Source of the DNA: Phoronis australis
Lineage: Eukaryota > Animalia > Phoronida
Direction: 5' to 3'
DNA: 64,000 nucleotides
Assembly (NCBI GenBank): GCA_002633005.1
Contig: NMRA01000272.1
Location: 124,001-188,000 of the forward strand
Under the pieces are notes generated by a model. The model made no database searches. It saw only the letters and a list, made by a program, of their open reading frames with translations, and was not told the origin of the DNA. The stretch's first letter is position 1, and each line of letters opens with the position of its first letter. Both the position numbers and the translations under genes were made by a program. This document shows, piece by piece, positions 48,601 through 63,600 of this stretch.

Positions 48601-51600
48601 CACAGCTTTACAGGACAGGTAATGATTAATTAAAAAGAATATCTTAATGATCATTATTGTTGAGTAATGTGTCAAAATGAATTTCCATGTGTTGGCCATA
48701 TTTTGTGCTGTGCTAAATAGTTGAAGAATTGCGGTACCAGAATTGGTGCACCCAGTGACATTCTAAAATTTGATTTTTGGCATTTGATTCAATGAACGGC
48801 TCAGGTACCGATATCAGGATTCAGATTTTATTTGTTTTTCATCTGGAAAGTAGTTTTTGGAAAGGTGGAACTGTTTGGAAAGCTAGTTGTTCTAATTTGT
48901 TTCAAAGTCACTGAGGCAACATCTAATCTTTCAATTTCCAAGAAATGAAGATACTTATACTTCTTGAGCCTGCAAGTCCATTTAAACTGTGAGAGTGCAT
49001 GTGAGTACGTATTGTTTTCTATTTCCCTATGTAGTGGCAACCTGTTTACAATGAACAAAACTACGTACAAATGCATCACTTACTTTTGCCAAGTGATTGT
49101 TGATTGATCGCTATTGTTGCAGCCTGCCACAAGTCATGCAGTCAGTGCAGTGATAGGTCTCCCCTCAGTTGTACAGCATGCCCCACTCACTTGATGTGGA
49201 CCAATGGACAATGTCTGTCTCAGTGCCCTGAAGGATATTATAGCAAGGGTAGAGTCTGTATAAGTAAGTGTTTTGGGTGAATAACTAATCATGTATAATT
49301 GTGCTCTCATATCCTGTTACTCTGTGCTCGCTATGAGTGCATGCATTCTGGGAAAAAATGTGTTCTGCCACTATGCATGAATGCATCTAGACCAGTTCTA
49401 AGGTTTTGTTAGAGCTGTATTTCATTCAGTTCTAGTCTACGTGCGTAAATTAGTTAAGTCGCGACAAAATTGAAAACGTAGGTTGCATTTGCTGGACTAA
49501 ATCCCATGAATGTCAAGTATAAACTAAGTCATGCTGTTTAATTTCTGGCCAAGATCAGCAAGAGTTGTTGATCTTGAGCATTATGCAGCAATTGATTCAT
49601 GAAATATAATAATAGAAGTTTGTGCTGTATAATGCTCATGTCTTCTTGTATGATAGAATGCTCCAGGGACTGTGAACAGTGTGATGATAGTGGGAATTGC
49701 ATCAAGTGTCGTCGCCTTGGAAAACTACTGCATCATGGGAAATGTGTTGACCATTGTCCGTCCAAGTACTTTACACGCTTTGGACGTTGCTCAGGTACGC
49801 AGTTGAAAGCTGTGATTTGGTTTATCATTTGAATAAGGGACTCTTCTGAAATATATACCTTTTCTCATTTTCCATTATTGTTTAAACAGGTTCTGTTATT
49901 ATTTTTGTTGCATTGCCTGAATTGCTTGCAATATCATCTGCTCTATTCTCTTTAACAAAGTCAACAATTGCTTTTGTTCATTATAAAAAGTGTTGTCTGC
50001 AGGGTAAGATTCTGTGTTTCCATGTACTAGAGCCTGCCTCTCAAAGTGTGTTTCATGTTGCTCAATAATCCACAGATAAAAAGTGTTATGCTGTTATACC
50101 AAGTTTTTTCTACACTTCAGGGTGTGGAAAGCACTGTCTTTCATGTTATGTAGACAAGCCAATGTGTACTAGCTGTGTATCTGGTTATGTCTTCCTAAAT
50201 GGTGCTTGTGCTGACAGTTGTCCTAAAGGCTACTACAGAACTCCAAGCAATATCTGTACAGGTATAGTTTTTTGGTTTTAGCAAAGTTTCTTCACTTTTT
50301 GACAAAAATAATTGCTAATTTTCATTTTTTTTCCATTTGCTAAAGCTTACTTTATTCCATCATGCTGAAAATGCTCCTTTTTACTGAATGTTGTTCTTTG
50401 AGAGCTGTAATAATGGTATTAATAATAAAGTTTTTAGTTATTTTTTGTCTTAGACTCAGTTGAGTATCACATTTTCGCATAAAGTTACCAATACTGTAGT
50501 AGGATCTGGGACTATGACATCCATGTGTGATTACGACTTTATTGAGTGTTATTGCTGCAGTTTGTAATTGTGAATTTCTAGCAGTTTTCTGTTGTTACCA
50601 GTTCATCATTTTTTTATTGACAAAAGTATTGCATAGAACACGTTTACAACAAACCCAGGAACTAATAATTTAATAATGAGGTTCGTCCACACACACACAC
50701 ATTATTTATATTTTCTACACTCACCAGGTTCAACTGGATCAGCAGGCTAAGCATATGCTTGGTTCTCAATCATGACCTCTGGTTCAGAAGCCAATCATTT
50801 GAACCGGCGAAGTGAATCAAAAGCAGTCATTAACTCATGAGGGTTTGATAGAGATATGAAGAATGGATTTAGAACATTAATAATCAACAAATGTCAACTG
50901 CATAAATTGGACTTGATTGTAACCTATTTTTAAAATGTAACTGTAAATATGGTGTATTGTTGTCTCATGTTACATGAAGGGGCAGTTGACTGTTGTTGTT
51001 TCTGTTACAGCTTGCCATCCTTCTTGTTCTGCATGTAATGGTGCTGGAGATCATAAATGTACCTCCTGTCATGGAAGAGCTCGTCTCCATAATGGGGCCT
51101 GCAAGTATGGTTGTGATGTGGGGAAATACCTTGATCATAATGGCTTTTGTCAAGGTAAAAGGCGACACATGATTGTTTTTACTATTTTATGTTGTTGTTA
51201 TGTGACGAGAGGTTTTCCCTGAAATGTATTCGATTAAATTTCTATCTTCTGTTGCAATTCTTGATCAGCTTAGTTTTCGTTTGTTCTTTCCTCACAGCTT
51301 TCCTGATCATGGTTAAAGGTTTATTTTTGCACCTTTTGAAAACTCAAATACAAATGTCTTAAAAAGTCTCACTTTTGTTCTTTTTGCAGACTGTGATCAT
51401 AGCTGTAGGCAGTGTTACCCTTCTGTCAACAAAACAAACTCTTGTGCAAAGTGTTCACAGTCCACATGGAGCGCAGTAGGACCAAAATGTGTGAATCGTT
51501 GTCCCGCGGGAACCTTTGGGAAGGACGGGATCTGTCAACCATGTCAGTCACACTGTGCTTCATGTTCAAGTATCAGTCAATGTACCAGTTGCCATAGTAA

Positions 51601-54600
51601 CCAGTTGTTCCTTTATGGAGAATGTGTGGATGATTGTGGACCAGCAAGATGGCCAGACTGGAAGAGTGGGAAGTGCCAAGGTAGATGTGTCATTGGGTAT
51701 CTTGTTAGTTGTTCATAATGTTAATTTGCAGAGTGTTTGGGTATCTTGTTAGTTGTTCATAATGTTAATTTGCAGAGTGTTCGCCATTGAGTCTATGGGA
51801 GCATGTCATGACGGAGCTAATCTTGGTTTGCTGCTCAGTTGAAGAGCCCAGTTGAAACCATGCTGATTTCATCACAGTTGCTCATTGAATATTGTGGACT
51901 GTTGTCATATCTATTCACATCAGTAATTTGAGTTATCCCTTAATTACACCGTAAATGTTATATTGAGTGATGGATTGAGGTCTTACTGTCAATTTCGCCA
52001 TTGTGATAAATCTTTTGGCAATCGGTGTCTTTTAAGTATTTTAAAGTTCTGATGTTTACGTTCTGTAACTTTTGGTTTATTTTGTGCCACATCTTGATTC
52101 TCATCTGTCTGCATTGTAGATTGTCCCTCTGGTTGTCTTCAGTGTGATGGTAGTCATTGTCAGGCATGTACATCTGGCTTCTACCTCAGGCCATCTGGAC
52201 TGTGTAGTAAGAAGTGTGGTAAAGGCTTCATACCTAATCAGATTCTGGGAGTCTGTGATGGTAAGTGTAATTGGGTTCTTGTTAGACATGTAGGTCTTGT
52301 TGATCGTCAGTGTTTGCATCAAATAGATTTGGTGCTCGCTAATTGAATCTGATTGTTCACATCAGAAACTGTCACCTAATGTAGTGGAAGGATGATGTAA
52401 GATAGCTTTTCATTGTTTACCGAATGAAATAACATTGGAAAGTTTCTTCAGGACATCCTGATTGGTTGAATTTTGAAAAATGCATAATAAAACAATACTA
52501 CTGTAACAACAAAAACGGACTAAATCTAATGTTTTCCACTCAAGTTCTGACTCATTCAAGATAACAAGGTGTCAAATGGAACTTTGCATATAGTTTTGTG
52601 GCTCATTCCCAGACTATATTTTTATGACAAACGTCCAAGCCATGTGCCCTGATGCCCACGCATGCATTCCCGTGTGTCTTTCTTCATACTTTCACAGAGG
52701 CACTCTCCACCAAAGATGTTAGAATGATATCAAGAATTTATTGATCTCTTTTTGAAGAAATGACAAAAGATTTCAGTTTGATCACTTATTGTGTCTTTGG
52801 TGGTTGTGCAATATACATGTAACAATATTTAGGGCTTGTAATTTTCCTGTTTAAGACGATTTCCTCTTCTTTGGGTTCAATTTCCTCTTGTTTGATATCC
52901 AGTTTCCTCTTTTTTGTTTCTTTTGTATTATTATTTTTGACTATTCATGCAAAAATTTTATTTCAGTTAAATCTTGCAACACAAAAATGTTTCTATTACA
53001 CAAGCCTACTTATTTGTGGAATGATACATCATCTGGAAATTTTTTCTCTTTTTTGTCATTTATCATTCCAAGCCCTGAATATTGTGGCTGATATCATTTG
53101 TTGGTTTCAATAATTGTATTTTTTTCCAAATGACCCTTTGGTGATGGATAAGACAGAATTGTGAATGACGCACAATATAAACTATATATTTCAGTGAACA
53201 AAGTTAAGCCCTACCTGAAGTTTCCTCATACATTACGACTGAGGGTTGGTGATACTGCTGTACTCAACAAATCTCTGTTCTCTGTTACCAACACCAAGAA
53301 GGAGCATATCGTGTTCAAAGTAGTCAAATATCCCGCTACTGGAAGGTTCTTGTCGCTAAATGAAGGCACTGTGGATGAAAGAACACTTGTCAGTTTCCAG
53401 GACTTGGATGAGAATAAAATACGCTTCCTCGCCCAGTCAGCTGGTAAAGGTGAGTGTTCACTCTATCCGATTGCTTTCTGTGTAAGCCTGTACCTTGGTA
53501 TACCTTACAGAATTATGTCTTGTGTTGAAATATATTGGCAATTTTTCTGAATTATGGCAATTATTTTAGAGATCAACTTAGGAGCAGTAAGTGACTAATT
53601 TTGAAGTTTTGTGTTTTTGAAATCATTAGCTACCTAGAATGTGTGTTTTATGGTATTAATGTGTTTGCATAATACTAATGTAATATACTTTATCATTAGC
53701 CTGTAGAGTATGCATTCACTAAACGTTGAAATAGGTTATGGTCTGCTAGAGACTAATGATGTTGAACAATAATGACTGGAACTGTATGATTGCATAGATT
53801 TTATGTCATTAGTGTTTGTTGTTATGCTACACTAGCTTTCAATCATTTGTACTCATAATTAATGTGGTCACATTTTCAGATGTAGCACAGATTAAGTTAT
53901 ACAAAGGTGACCACCACAGCAATGTAGCTGACCTTCACCTCGATGTGACCTCAGCCAGCCCGCCTTCTGTTCTTTGTAATCAGAAGCAGACGATCAACAG
54001 TGGTGAAACACTGCCATTGAACAAATTGGTTACCAGCAGTTCTGCCAATCAACAAAGCCTCAACTTCACTGTTCTGCATGGTGAGTTTCTTGTTTTAACT
54101 GTCATAATAGTCCATACTTGGGTTTCTCATCCTGCTTGCATATGTTTGCTTAATCATGTCAGGGTAGTGCTGTAGCCCAAATTGGAAACCGCATGGGTGA
54201 GACTTGATTTGTTATAGACCTCACTATTGATGCAAAGACTTCATAGTCAGACAAACATTGCCATTTTGTTGCTTATAACAGAAAAGGACTATTGAAGGTA
54301 TCTAGAGGACGTAGTTAAGAGATCGTGTGTCTTAATTTGGATAAGTAGGTTATGTGCACTTAATGCAGGTGCGATGAAAAGTACAAAAACTCAATGTAAC
54401 AAAATAAAATTGAAAGTTAACTTTGTAAACTTATCTGTTTCAAGTTGACCCATTTTAATTCAACAGTCATCTTTAAACAGTTTACCTTGTAAATTAATAG
54501 CAGTTAACTTTAAACAGTTTACATTGTAAATTAGTAGCAGTCAGCTTTAAACAATTTGCATTCTAAACATATCTGTTTTAACTTTACCTATTTTTTCTAG

Positions 54601-57600
54601 GCTCCAAACTTGGGGGTATCAGTCACCTGAACTCCAAGAATATAGTGTTCTTCACCCACAAACAGTTAGTTGATGGTGAGGTACACTACACTCACCACGG
54701 GTCATCCACTGGCACTGACCACTTGCTAATGCAGGCTTCTGATGGTCACTACACAGTCAATGTCTTATGTGATATTGTGATTAAAGATAAAAAGGTGAAT
54801 TGTTATTAGGATTTTCTAATGCAATACACTGTGCACATGATCAATGCATTTTAATGTTACCATAAAGCCACTTACTTTACCAGTTAATATCCCTTTAATT
54901 TGATTCAAGAGTCCTGTAATGTGAACTTTTGATGTTGTCATTGCACTGTAGCACAAATGGAGTTTGTTGGACTTTCCTGCTGCTAGAATCTTGCCCCAAT
55001 TTTGTTTGATTCTAGCTGGAAGTTTAGCTTGAAGTAATCATTGTAGTCATTCTCAACTTATTTCTCACAAAAATAATTACAAAAACTGACATTTTTCCAT
55101 TTTTCAGACTGATTACTTTACTGTAAATGATGAGAATATTACAAAATATTGTTTTATAACATCTACATTGTACAACCCATGCTAAATCTTTATTTCTGTG
55201 GATAAAATGAAAATGCACTCGTCACCATATTGTGCACTAAATTGGTGACAAGTTACTGTTACATGTGACTTTCGGGGTGTTCTTGCTACAGTTGTTGTTC
55301 AGTCTATTTGATGTTTTTAAAAATTTACGACCTGTGGATAAAACTGAACTTTTGAAAATAACGATGCTGCCGTCAAAGGCTAACATCAACAAAACAATGT
55401 TGCTAAAAAAGTCTATACATTGTCATTTCAAAATAAAATCGGCCATTTGAAAGTCAACACTTTGTATATAATTTCAAATTTTTCCACAAACTTTTATTTT
55501 CTTTTGAATATGACACTTAAATTATTTATTTGCAAGCTTCAGCATATCTTTTAGAAAAAATCAATTATTTTCAATATTTTAATTGCCTTTATATTTTATT
55601 ACAAGTCCTGTGTATGAGGTATATAAATGATGATTTTAAAATTATTTTTTGTTGCCTTTATATTTTAGTCTTGCGTATGAAGTATGTAAATGGAGATATG
55701 AATGACTTGAGAAATGGTAGTAATTGACATTTTGAATAAAAATATTTTCATTATTTGATTTAGATGTAATTTGAAATCAGATTCTTTATATTCTAATTTC
55801 TTGCCCCACTTTGTCATGCTAGGACAATACTCTCCAACCAGTTATGGTGACCAATACCGGTACAGAGGTACAAATGGGTGGCATGGTGCGCATTACATCA
55901 CACATGTTAAAGGCTACCAGCAAGCATAGTCCACGGCTCATTTACACTCTGTCTCCACTTACCAACAACCCTGCCCATGGTAATTTGACTACCAGCCTTT
56001 AGTATTTTGTAGACATGATGATCATGTAGACAGTAGACTTCTCGACATGTGTCAACTATTTGAGTTAAATGAGATTCCTCCTTTATGATAAAGTTATAAA
56101 AAAGTGAATATAATTCTAAATTTCAAAAATGCATGACATTGATAAAGTGCTTAAAATTTTCCATGTGTTGGGTCATTGCACCATTTTGAACTTTCAATAT
56201 TTAGTGAAAATTGTGATAAAATAATATTTTACTTCGTGTTGTATTTAAATTGAAGGAGTTTCTCTGAGTGATCTTGTTGCTTGTATTACATTTAATTTTT
56301 TATGTAGTCCAAACCAGAAAGTCTTTTGTTAAAGAGACTAATAGCTGCAGCTTATAACCTCAAACTTCTGAAAAATTTCCTTCCTTTAAAACCTTCTCCA
56401 GGTGAACTGTTGATGGTGGTGCCAACACCTTCTACGGGCCGTATTCGAGGTTGGGAAGACCTGGGTGACAACCTAATGGCGTCCAGGATGTACCGGTTCC
56501 TACAGAGGGATGTCGATGAAGGTCGCATGTGGTATCGCCACTTTAAGGGTAGCACGATGTTACAGGACTCAGTTCAATTTCAGGTGGGTATTTCAGTCTG
56601 TGCTCTATGCTAATACAGGGGTGCATTTTGTAGACCTAATAATCATGTCAAATAAGCAAGACATGTGAGGGTTTTGCAAGCATGCTGGAGACTTTACGAG
56701 CATAACCTTGTAAAATGGTGACAACTGAAGTGATTGGTTGGTTAGGTTGGAATGTTGTATTATGGGATAGAATTTGTGAATTATGGGATAGAATTTGTGA
56801 ATTATGGGATAGAATTTGTGAATTATGGGATAGAATTTGTGAATTATGGGATAGAATTTGTGAATTATGGGATAGAATTTGTGAATTATGGGATAGAATA
56901 TACGGTTTTCATTCCACATTTATGTTTTGATTTTACACAATGCTGCCCCAGTAAATCCCGTCACTAAATCAGGTCATTTATTGATCCTTGCGCGAAACAA
57001 ATGGCCTGTGTTGTCCTACACTAGTGTAGAACTATCTGTATCTCAACCTGTGAAATCCACGCAGTGCTGTAATAAATCAAGTTTTGGCAATGCGAAATAA
57101 TTTTTTTTGTGGTACTGTTAAATCTCACAAAATTCGGACAAAAATAATTGCCAAAAATTCCCGATCTTTCATTTTTCAAGGGCTTCTAACTTTGTTGTGA
57201 ATATGCAAAAATTTTCAAAACTTTGTTTGATGGTAGTTGTGGCAAAAAATCTGAACATGGAAAACCATTTAATTTGGTGCTACATGTCTCTGGGAAAAAT
57301 ATGATTTCAGTTGTCGACCATATTGTGTACTAAATTGGTGAGATTTTACCTTACTGTGACTGGGAATTAAGGACATAGAATTTGCTCAGTGTGAAAAGAT
57401 TAGTATGAACCTGAATTCGTTCAAACTGTTCAATAACTAAAATATTCGCTGCTTACTTGAGAATCAATTAATAATACATGTTGGCAGTGTAATCCTACAA
57501 TTTATTGTTGGTCTATCATCTTATTGTTGTTATGAATAGCATTGTCTTTTATTCATAGTTATAAGTTACTCTTTGTCTGTCACCTTCAAATTACTTAGTG

Positions 57601-60600
57601 ATTCACATCGTTAGAAGCTGTAGCAAATTGCGTCTTGGTGATGGCATTATTGGCGTTTTGTAGATATCTGACACAGACAGCCCTCCAAATGTCCTCAAGG
57701 AACAGACATTCAACATTGGTGTGGTCAAACCACAAAGTGACCAAGCTGCGCCCACTGTTGCCCCTGGTGTCAGATTAGGCATGATTGTAAGTTACCTGTC
57801 GTTAATCTCTATGTTTAGCACCAATTAACGGCACTTTTAAACTATATTCGCATATAAGCTGGTGTTAGACATACATAGATTATTGGTTGTGTGGGATGTT
57901 ATCTGATACTACTTCTGCACACACAGTTATTATAATGCGCCGTGTGCTTTAACTGTGACCATTAGTAACTATTCTATTAGATTGTAGTGATTTAGTTCTT
58001 AAATTCTTCCTCAATAAGACCGTGGGTGATAGCACTGTCAAACTGAGGTACTTTAACAAAGTATGGAAAAGAAACCCCATTGAGGATGTTGGGACCATGT
58101 TGAACCCATGGATTTAGGGCTGTGTACCCCAATCAATTGAGCACCGAACCCACTGTACTAAGTTTGCTCTTTCATTTGTCCAGGTACAAGAAAACCAGCT
58201 GGTTCCTATAACTGCTGATGATTTGGCCTACACAGACATTGACACTGAGGATCGAGACATAGTCTACACCATAACACGGCGCTTGTCCTCTGACCAGGGT
58301 ACCATTGAGTTAGCAGAGCAACCATTCCAGCCTACGCGTCGATTCACTCAAGAGGACATCAACCAAAACAGGGTCATCTACAGACCACCAGCTGTTGAGC
58401 TTGGTGCGAGACAGAAGGAATTTTCTTTTTATTTCTATGGTATGCATTTAACAAAGTTGAACTCATAGTATGTTACCCTTGAATGTATCTAAGTATGTAA
58501 ATAATTTTCATGACACTAGATATCGAGTACCTTGATAATGAATTGGAATTCTTTCTCATGGACTATTTCCTCGTCCTGCTGCTAATTCCGTGAATAGTTT
58601 TTAGCACTTTAAGAACTGAGTGACGTAGCAAGATTATCATTTGACCATGAACTTTGTGTGTTGCTCATATTGAGTGTACACTGCATGGGCATGTTGCTAC
58701 CCTTTAGTTGGACATGTTGCTGCTCTTCAGTTCTCTTGGGGTACTTTCAATCATGGGGGATACCTTGCTGGATTAGGAGGCTCGTTTGTTTTGTGGAAAT
58801 CCTCCGTTTGGGTCACTTTTATCCAATTACCCCTGTGTTTGGTATATTTGTAGCCCCGAAACCCAACAATTAGGTCATAATTTATGAAAAACTCTATGGT
58901 ATGAGCATAGATTTTTGTCAATATTCAGGGTGTGATTTTTTTTCTCATAGAAACAGCTACTGGAGTACTATTTTTTCAAATTCCTAGCAGCATACTCCCA
59001 CCCACAAATAGATCAAGTCTCTGTACGCTTGGTGAGCATTACTTTAAGCTGAAGCTGTAAACTCTGTATTTCAGTGTCTGATCGAGCCAGTGGTGAGAGT
59101 CTACCAGAGCAGAAGTTCACTATTGTTGTCAAGCCTGTCAACAACATGCCCCCCATTGTGAGCTCGGGCAAAGGTCAGCTAGAGGTCATGCAGAGTGGCA
59201 TCACTCCTATTGGTCAGGTGTTGTCGGTGTCCGACCCTGACACCAGCACGGATGATCTGCATATCACGTTGGTTGACAGTCCCGCCGCAGGTCATGTGAT
59301 GAAGTCTGTGGGGGGTCTGAGGGCAGTTTTAAGACCAGGTCAGTACACATGATATCAACTACACGGGTATGTTTCATGAAAAGAGACTTAAGACTTAAGT
59401 CAGAAATTTTGTCTTACGCTTCTTCTTCACTGTTACTGAATAATGGTTTAACCATGTAGTTATTATTAGCACATAGCAGCTTAGAAATAATTCACTCAAA
59501 TAATACTCTAGTAACTAGGTGTTATGGGTGTATTCTCAAAGACTGTACTTTTGTTTATTAAGTGAGATTAAATTATTTTTCACAAATAGTCGAATGGTCT
59601 GTAAGACCAAATTTTCTGACTAAGTCTTAAAGTGGAACTTGCAGGCTAATTACTTATCTCTGTGATTGTTTGGCCAATTTAGTTAGAAACACAACATGTA
59701 GCAATGATGTGAATATGAAGTACGTCAGAAATTGCCAAATGTTTTTAAGAATGAGTTTTGTGGCGAAAATGGTCTGCCGCAAATCACTGAACCATGTCTA
59801 GTAAGTATTGTGACGTGGTGCTGGGGAATTAACACTGCATGATACGGGCTATGTGAGCCCTTGAGGTGCATCATTAGTGCAAAGGTCTCCTATTTGCAGA
59901 AGTTTTTGTTTTCACATTTTACAATTTGTCAAATGAATAAAACTGAATTTTGTTTAGCATAGATTATGTTAAAATAGCATTGTTGTTTAGTTTCTGTAAT
60001 ACATTTGCAGTCAGGAGTATGCAAATACATCTTTAAGTCACTTTTGATGAAACAGACCCGTGATTTTGTTTTATTTAGTGAGATATTTCAAGTAGATGTG
60101 CAGGTCTTTTACATTAGAGAGATATTTGAAGAGCAGAAACTTTTATGGATTGCTGTTTTGGCTTGGAAGTATTCATATGGGTTAACTCTTAAGGTACTCG
60201 AATTTGCAAAATTTAAAGTCTGTGACTAGGCATTAAGCTAGGCATAAAAGGATAATGGTCGGATACAACGTGCTCGCATTTTGAGAATTAGTTTTCTCCA
60301 CTGTATAACGGGCATCAAACTGGTTCTCAAAATGTGGGCGCGTTATATCCGACTATTGCCCATAAAAGAATGTTGACCTTTTAATGGGAAGTTATTCGAA
60401 AATGAGGTGTGGGTCTTAACCCAAGGCACATAGCGTTATTCCTTGTTTGTTGTTCACTTCCTGATTTGTAGTGTATTGTTTCTACAGTCTGTGTTCATGC
60501 AGTGTCCTTGCTTTCACTGTCATTCTGTAGTTCCATGGTGACATGATAGAGTATTAACAGCTCTTCACTGCTTTTTCTCAGGTGATCGATTCACATACAA

Positions 60601-63600
60601 TGAAGTGTCCAAGAATGTGTTCTTCTACCAACACGATGGTTCAAACCGTCTGTCTGACACTCTTCAGTTTATGGTAGATGATGGTACTAACAAGGTAGAT
60701 GTTAAGGTCCCTGTACAGGTAACCAGGATGGACCAGCAGGCGCCATCTTTAGTGCAGGGATCAACGCTCACCGTGGAAGTAAAAGAAGGTGTGGTTGGGT
60801 CACATGTAATTGAAAATTTTTGAACGAACACAAGATGCTACATCTTGTTGTATCACCGTAACTCACTTAGCAACATACGATAATGCAGGTCTCTTGACAA
60901 CTTTCAAGTGATACTGTTGTGGTGTGACAGAGGACTGTTTTTTGTGTATACACCCTGAAATAAGCAGTGCACGAATATTGCATATTGATTAGAAAATTTT
61001 AACAAGACTGTAACTTCCACTAAAATAGTGCATGCAAGGTATAAGGAATATTTTACATAAATTTCACCTTTTATTTTTCATGAAGTATATGGCTTTATAG
61101 CTGGGATAACATCCAAAATGTAGACTTCTTATACTGGTCACCAGTCTCTCATTTCAAAATGGCCTCTGTGCTTGGACTGGGGCGTAAGTCGAACAGATAA
61201 GAGTGATAAGGACACATGTGTAGTTCTGTTGTTTTTGTGTTTATACTTGCAGGAAAGTCCATTTTACTGTTTCATTTCAGGTGAATCAACGCAGATATCA
61301 AGACGTCACCTGGCATTTGTTGACCGTGACGCTAGTGATGATCAGGTGATCTATACTGTAGTATCATCACTGATATATGGTGAGCTGCACAGGGAAAAGA
61401 CAGGGGTACTGACCACAGGCAGCAGGTTCACTCAGCAGGATGTAGACAATGATGTCATCAGGTAATAACTGAGAATGTGAACATAGAGGACGTGTTAAGG
61501 AAAGAATGCTGAAAAATGACTTAAGAATTAGCTTAATGATGAAAAAATTGAGCACCTGTTGGCCGACCATAAATATTTACACATTGAATTGGGTAGTAAT
61601 ATTTGTTAGTAAAAGTAATCTACATGTGGTCATTCTTGACTAGTGATGTTAGGAGTGAAACTGAAGTGACTAAAAATTTTATCTGTTGGTTTTTTTTAGC
61701 TACGTGTCTACGGGAGAGATTGGTAGTCAGGATGTGGTTGAGCAAATCTCATTTAATATCAGTGACCCCAGCGGTAATACCATCCCACAACAGATTCTCT
61801 CTGTAGTTGTCCAGCCTGTCAATAACCAGGCACCCATGGCAACTGTGGGCGGCGGCATACAGGTTAGTCAACGTCTATCTCTTTCTTGAATTGCAACAAA
61901 ATGTTTTGAAATTTGCGAAATTAAGTTTGTGTTGTTAAAAATATATACTTGAAAGTTCCTGCACCTAAGATGAATGATTTTTCATCACTTGTCAGAAACT
62001 GCTTACCATTGAAATGCACTGCTTGCACAGTAACTGACTATTTTTGCCAGGTGCCTGAAGGTGGTGTGCAAGTGTTATCTCCTGCTGACATCAACGTGAT
62101 GGACATAGNTGCAGTCAGGAGTATGCAAATAAATCTTTAAGTCACTTTTGATGAAACAGACCTGTGATTTTGTTTTATTTAGTGAGATATTTCAAGTAGA
62201 TGTGCAGGTTTTTTACATTAGAGAGATATTTGAAGAGCAGAAACTTTTATGAATTGCTGTTTTGGCTGGGAAGTATTCATATGGGTTAACTCTTAAGGTA
62301 CTTGAATTTGCAAAATTTAAAGTCGGTGGCTAGGCATTAAGCTAGGCATAAAAGGATAATGGTCGGATACAACGTGCTCGCATTTTGAGAACCAGTTTTC
62401 TCCACTGTATTAAGGGCATCAAACTGGTTCTCAAAATGTGGGCACGTTATATCCGACTATTGCCCATAAAAGAATGTTTACCTTTTAATGGGAAGTTATT
62501 CGAAAATGAGGTGTGGGTCTTAACCCAAGGCATATAGCGTTATTCCTTGTTTGTTGTTCACTTCCTGATTTGTAGTGTATTGTTTCTACAATCTGTGTTC
62601 ATGCAGTGTCCTTACTTTCACTGTCATTCAGTAGTTCCTTGGTGACATGATAGAGTATTAACAGCTCTTCACTGCTTTTTCTCAGGTGATCGATTCACAT
62701 ATAATGAAGTGTCCAAGAATGTGTTCTTCTACCAACACGATGGTTCAAACCGTCTGTCTGACACTCTTCAGTTTATGGTAGATGATGGTACTAACAAGGT
62801 AGATGTTAAGGTCCCTGTACAGGTAACCAGGATGGACCAGCAAGCGCCATCTTTAGTGCAGGGATCAACGCTCACCGTGGAAGTAAAAGAAGGTGTGGTT
62901 GGGTCACATGTAATTTAGTGAAAATTTTTGAATGAACACAAGATGCTACATCTTGTTGTATCACCGTAACTCACTTAGCAACATAGGATAATGCAGGTCT
63001 CTTGACAACTTTCAAGTGATACTGTTGTGGTGTGACAGAGGATTGTTTTTGTGTATACACCCTGAAATAAGCAGTGCACGAATATTGCATATTGATTAGA
63101 AAATTTTAACGAGGCTGAAACTGCCACTAAAATAGTGCATGCAAGGCATAAGGAATATTTTACATAAATTTCACCTTTTATTTTCTGGAAGTATATGGCT
63201 TTATAGCTGGGGTAACATCCAAAATGTAGACTTCTTATAGTGGTCACCAGTCTCTCATTTCAAAATGGCCTCTGTGCTTGGACTGGAGCGTAAGTCGAGC
63301 GGATAAGAGTAATAAGGACACACGTGTAGTTCTGTTGTTTTTGTGTTTATACTTGCAGGAAAGTCCATTTTACTGTTTCATTTCAGGTGAATCAACGCAG
63401 ATATCAAGACGTCACCTGGCATTTGTTGACCGTGACGCTAGTGATGATCAGGTGATCTATACTGTAGTATCATCACTGATATATGGTGAGCTGCACAGGG
63501 AAAAGACAGGGGTACTGACCACAGGAAGCAGGTTCACTCAGCAGGATGTAGACAATGATGTCATCAGGTAATAACTGAGAATGTGAACGTAGAGGACGTG

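Noticed and set aside
48290-52260. PCSK5/furin, R-spondin or kielin/CRIM1 as the gene identity
   Set aside because: No subtilisin or TSP1 domain is present, and the Cys-rich exons splice in phase between VWC and CSPG repeats, which is the FRAS1 layout
56605-56967. Repetitive ORFs (FYPIIHK)n, (WDRICEL)n, (YGIEFVN)n
   Set aside because: Translations of a 21-bp minisatellite in several frames, inside an intron
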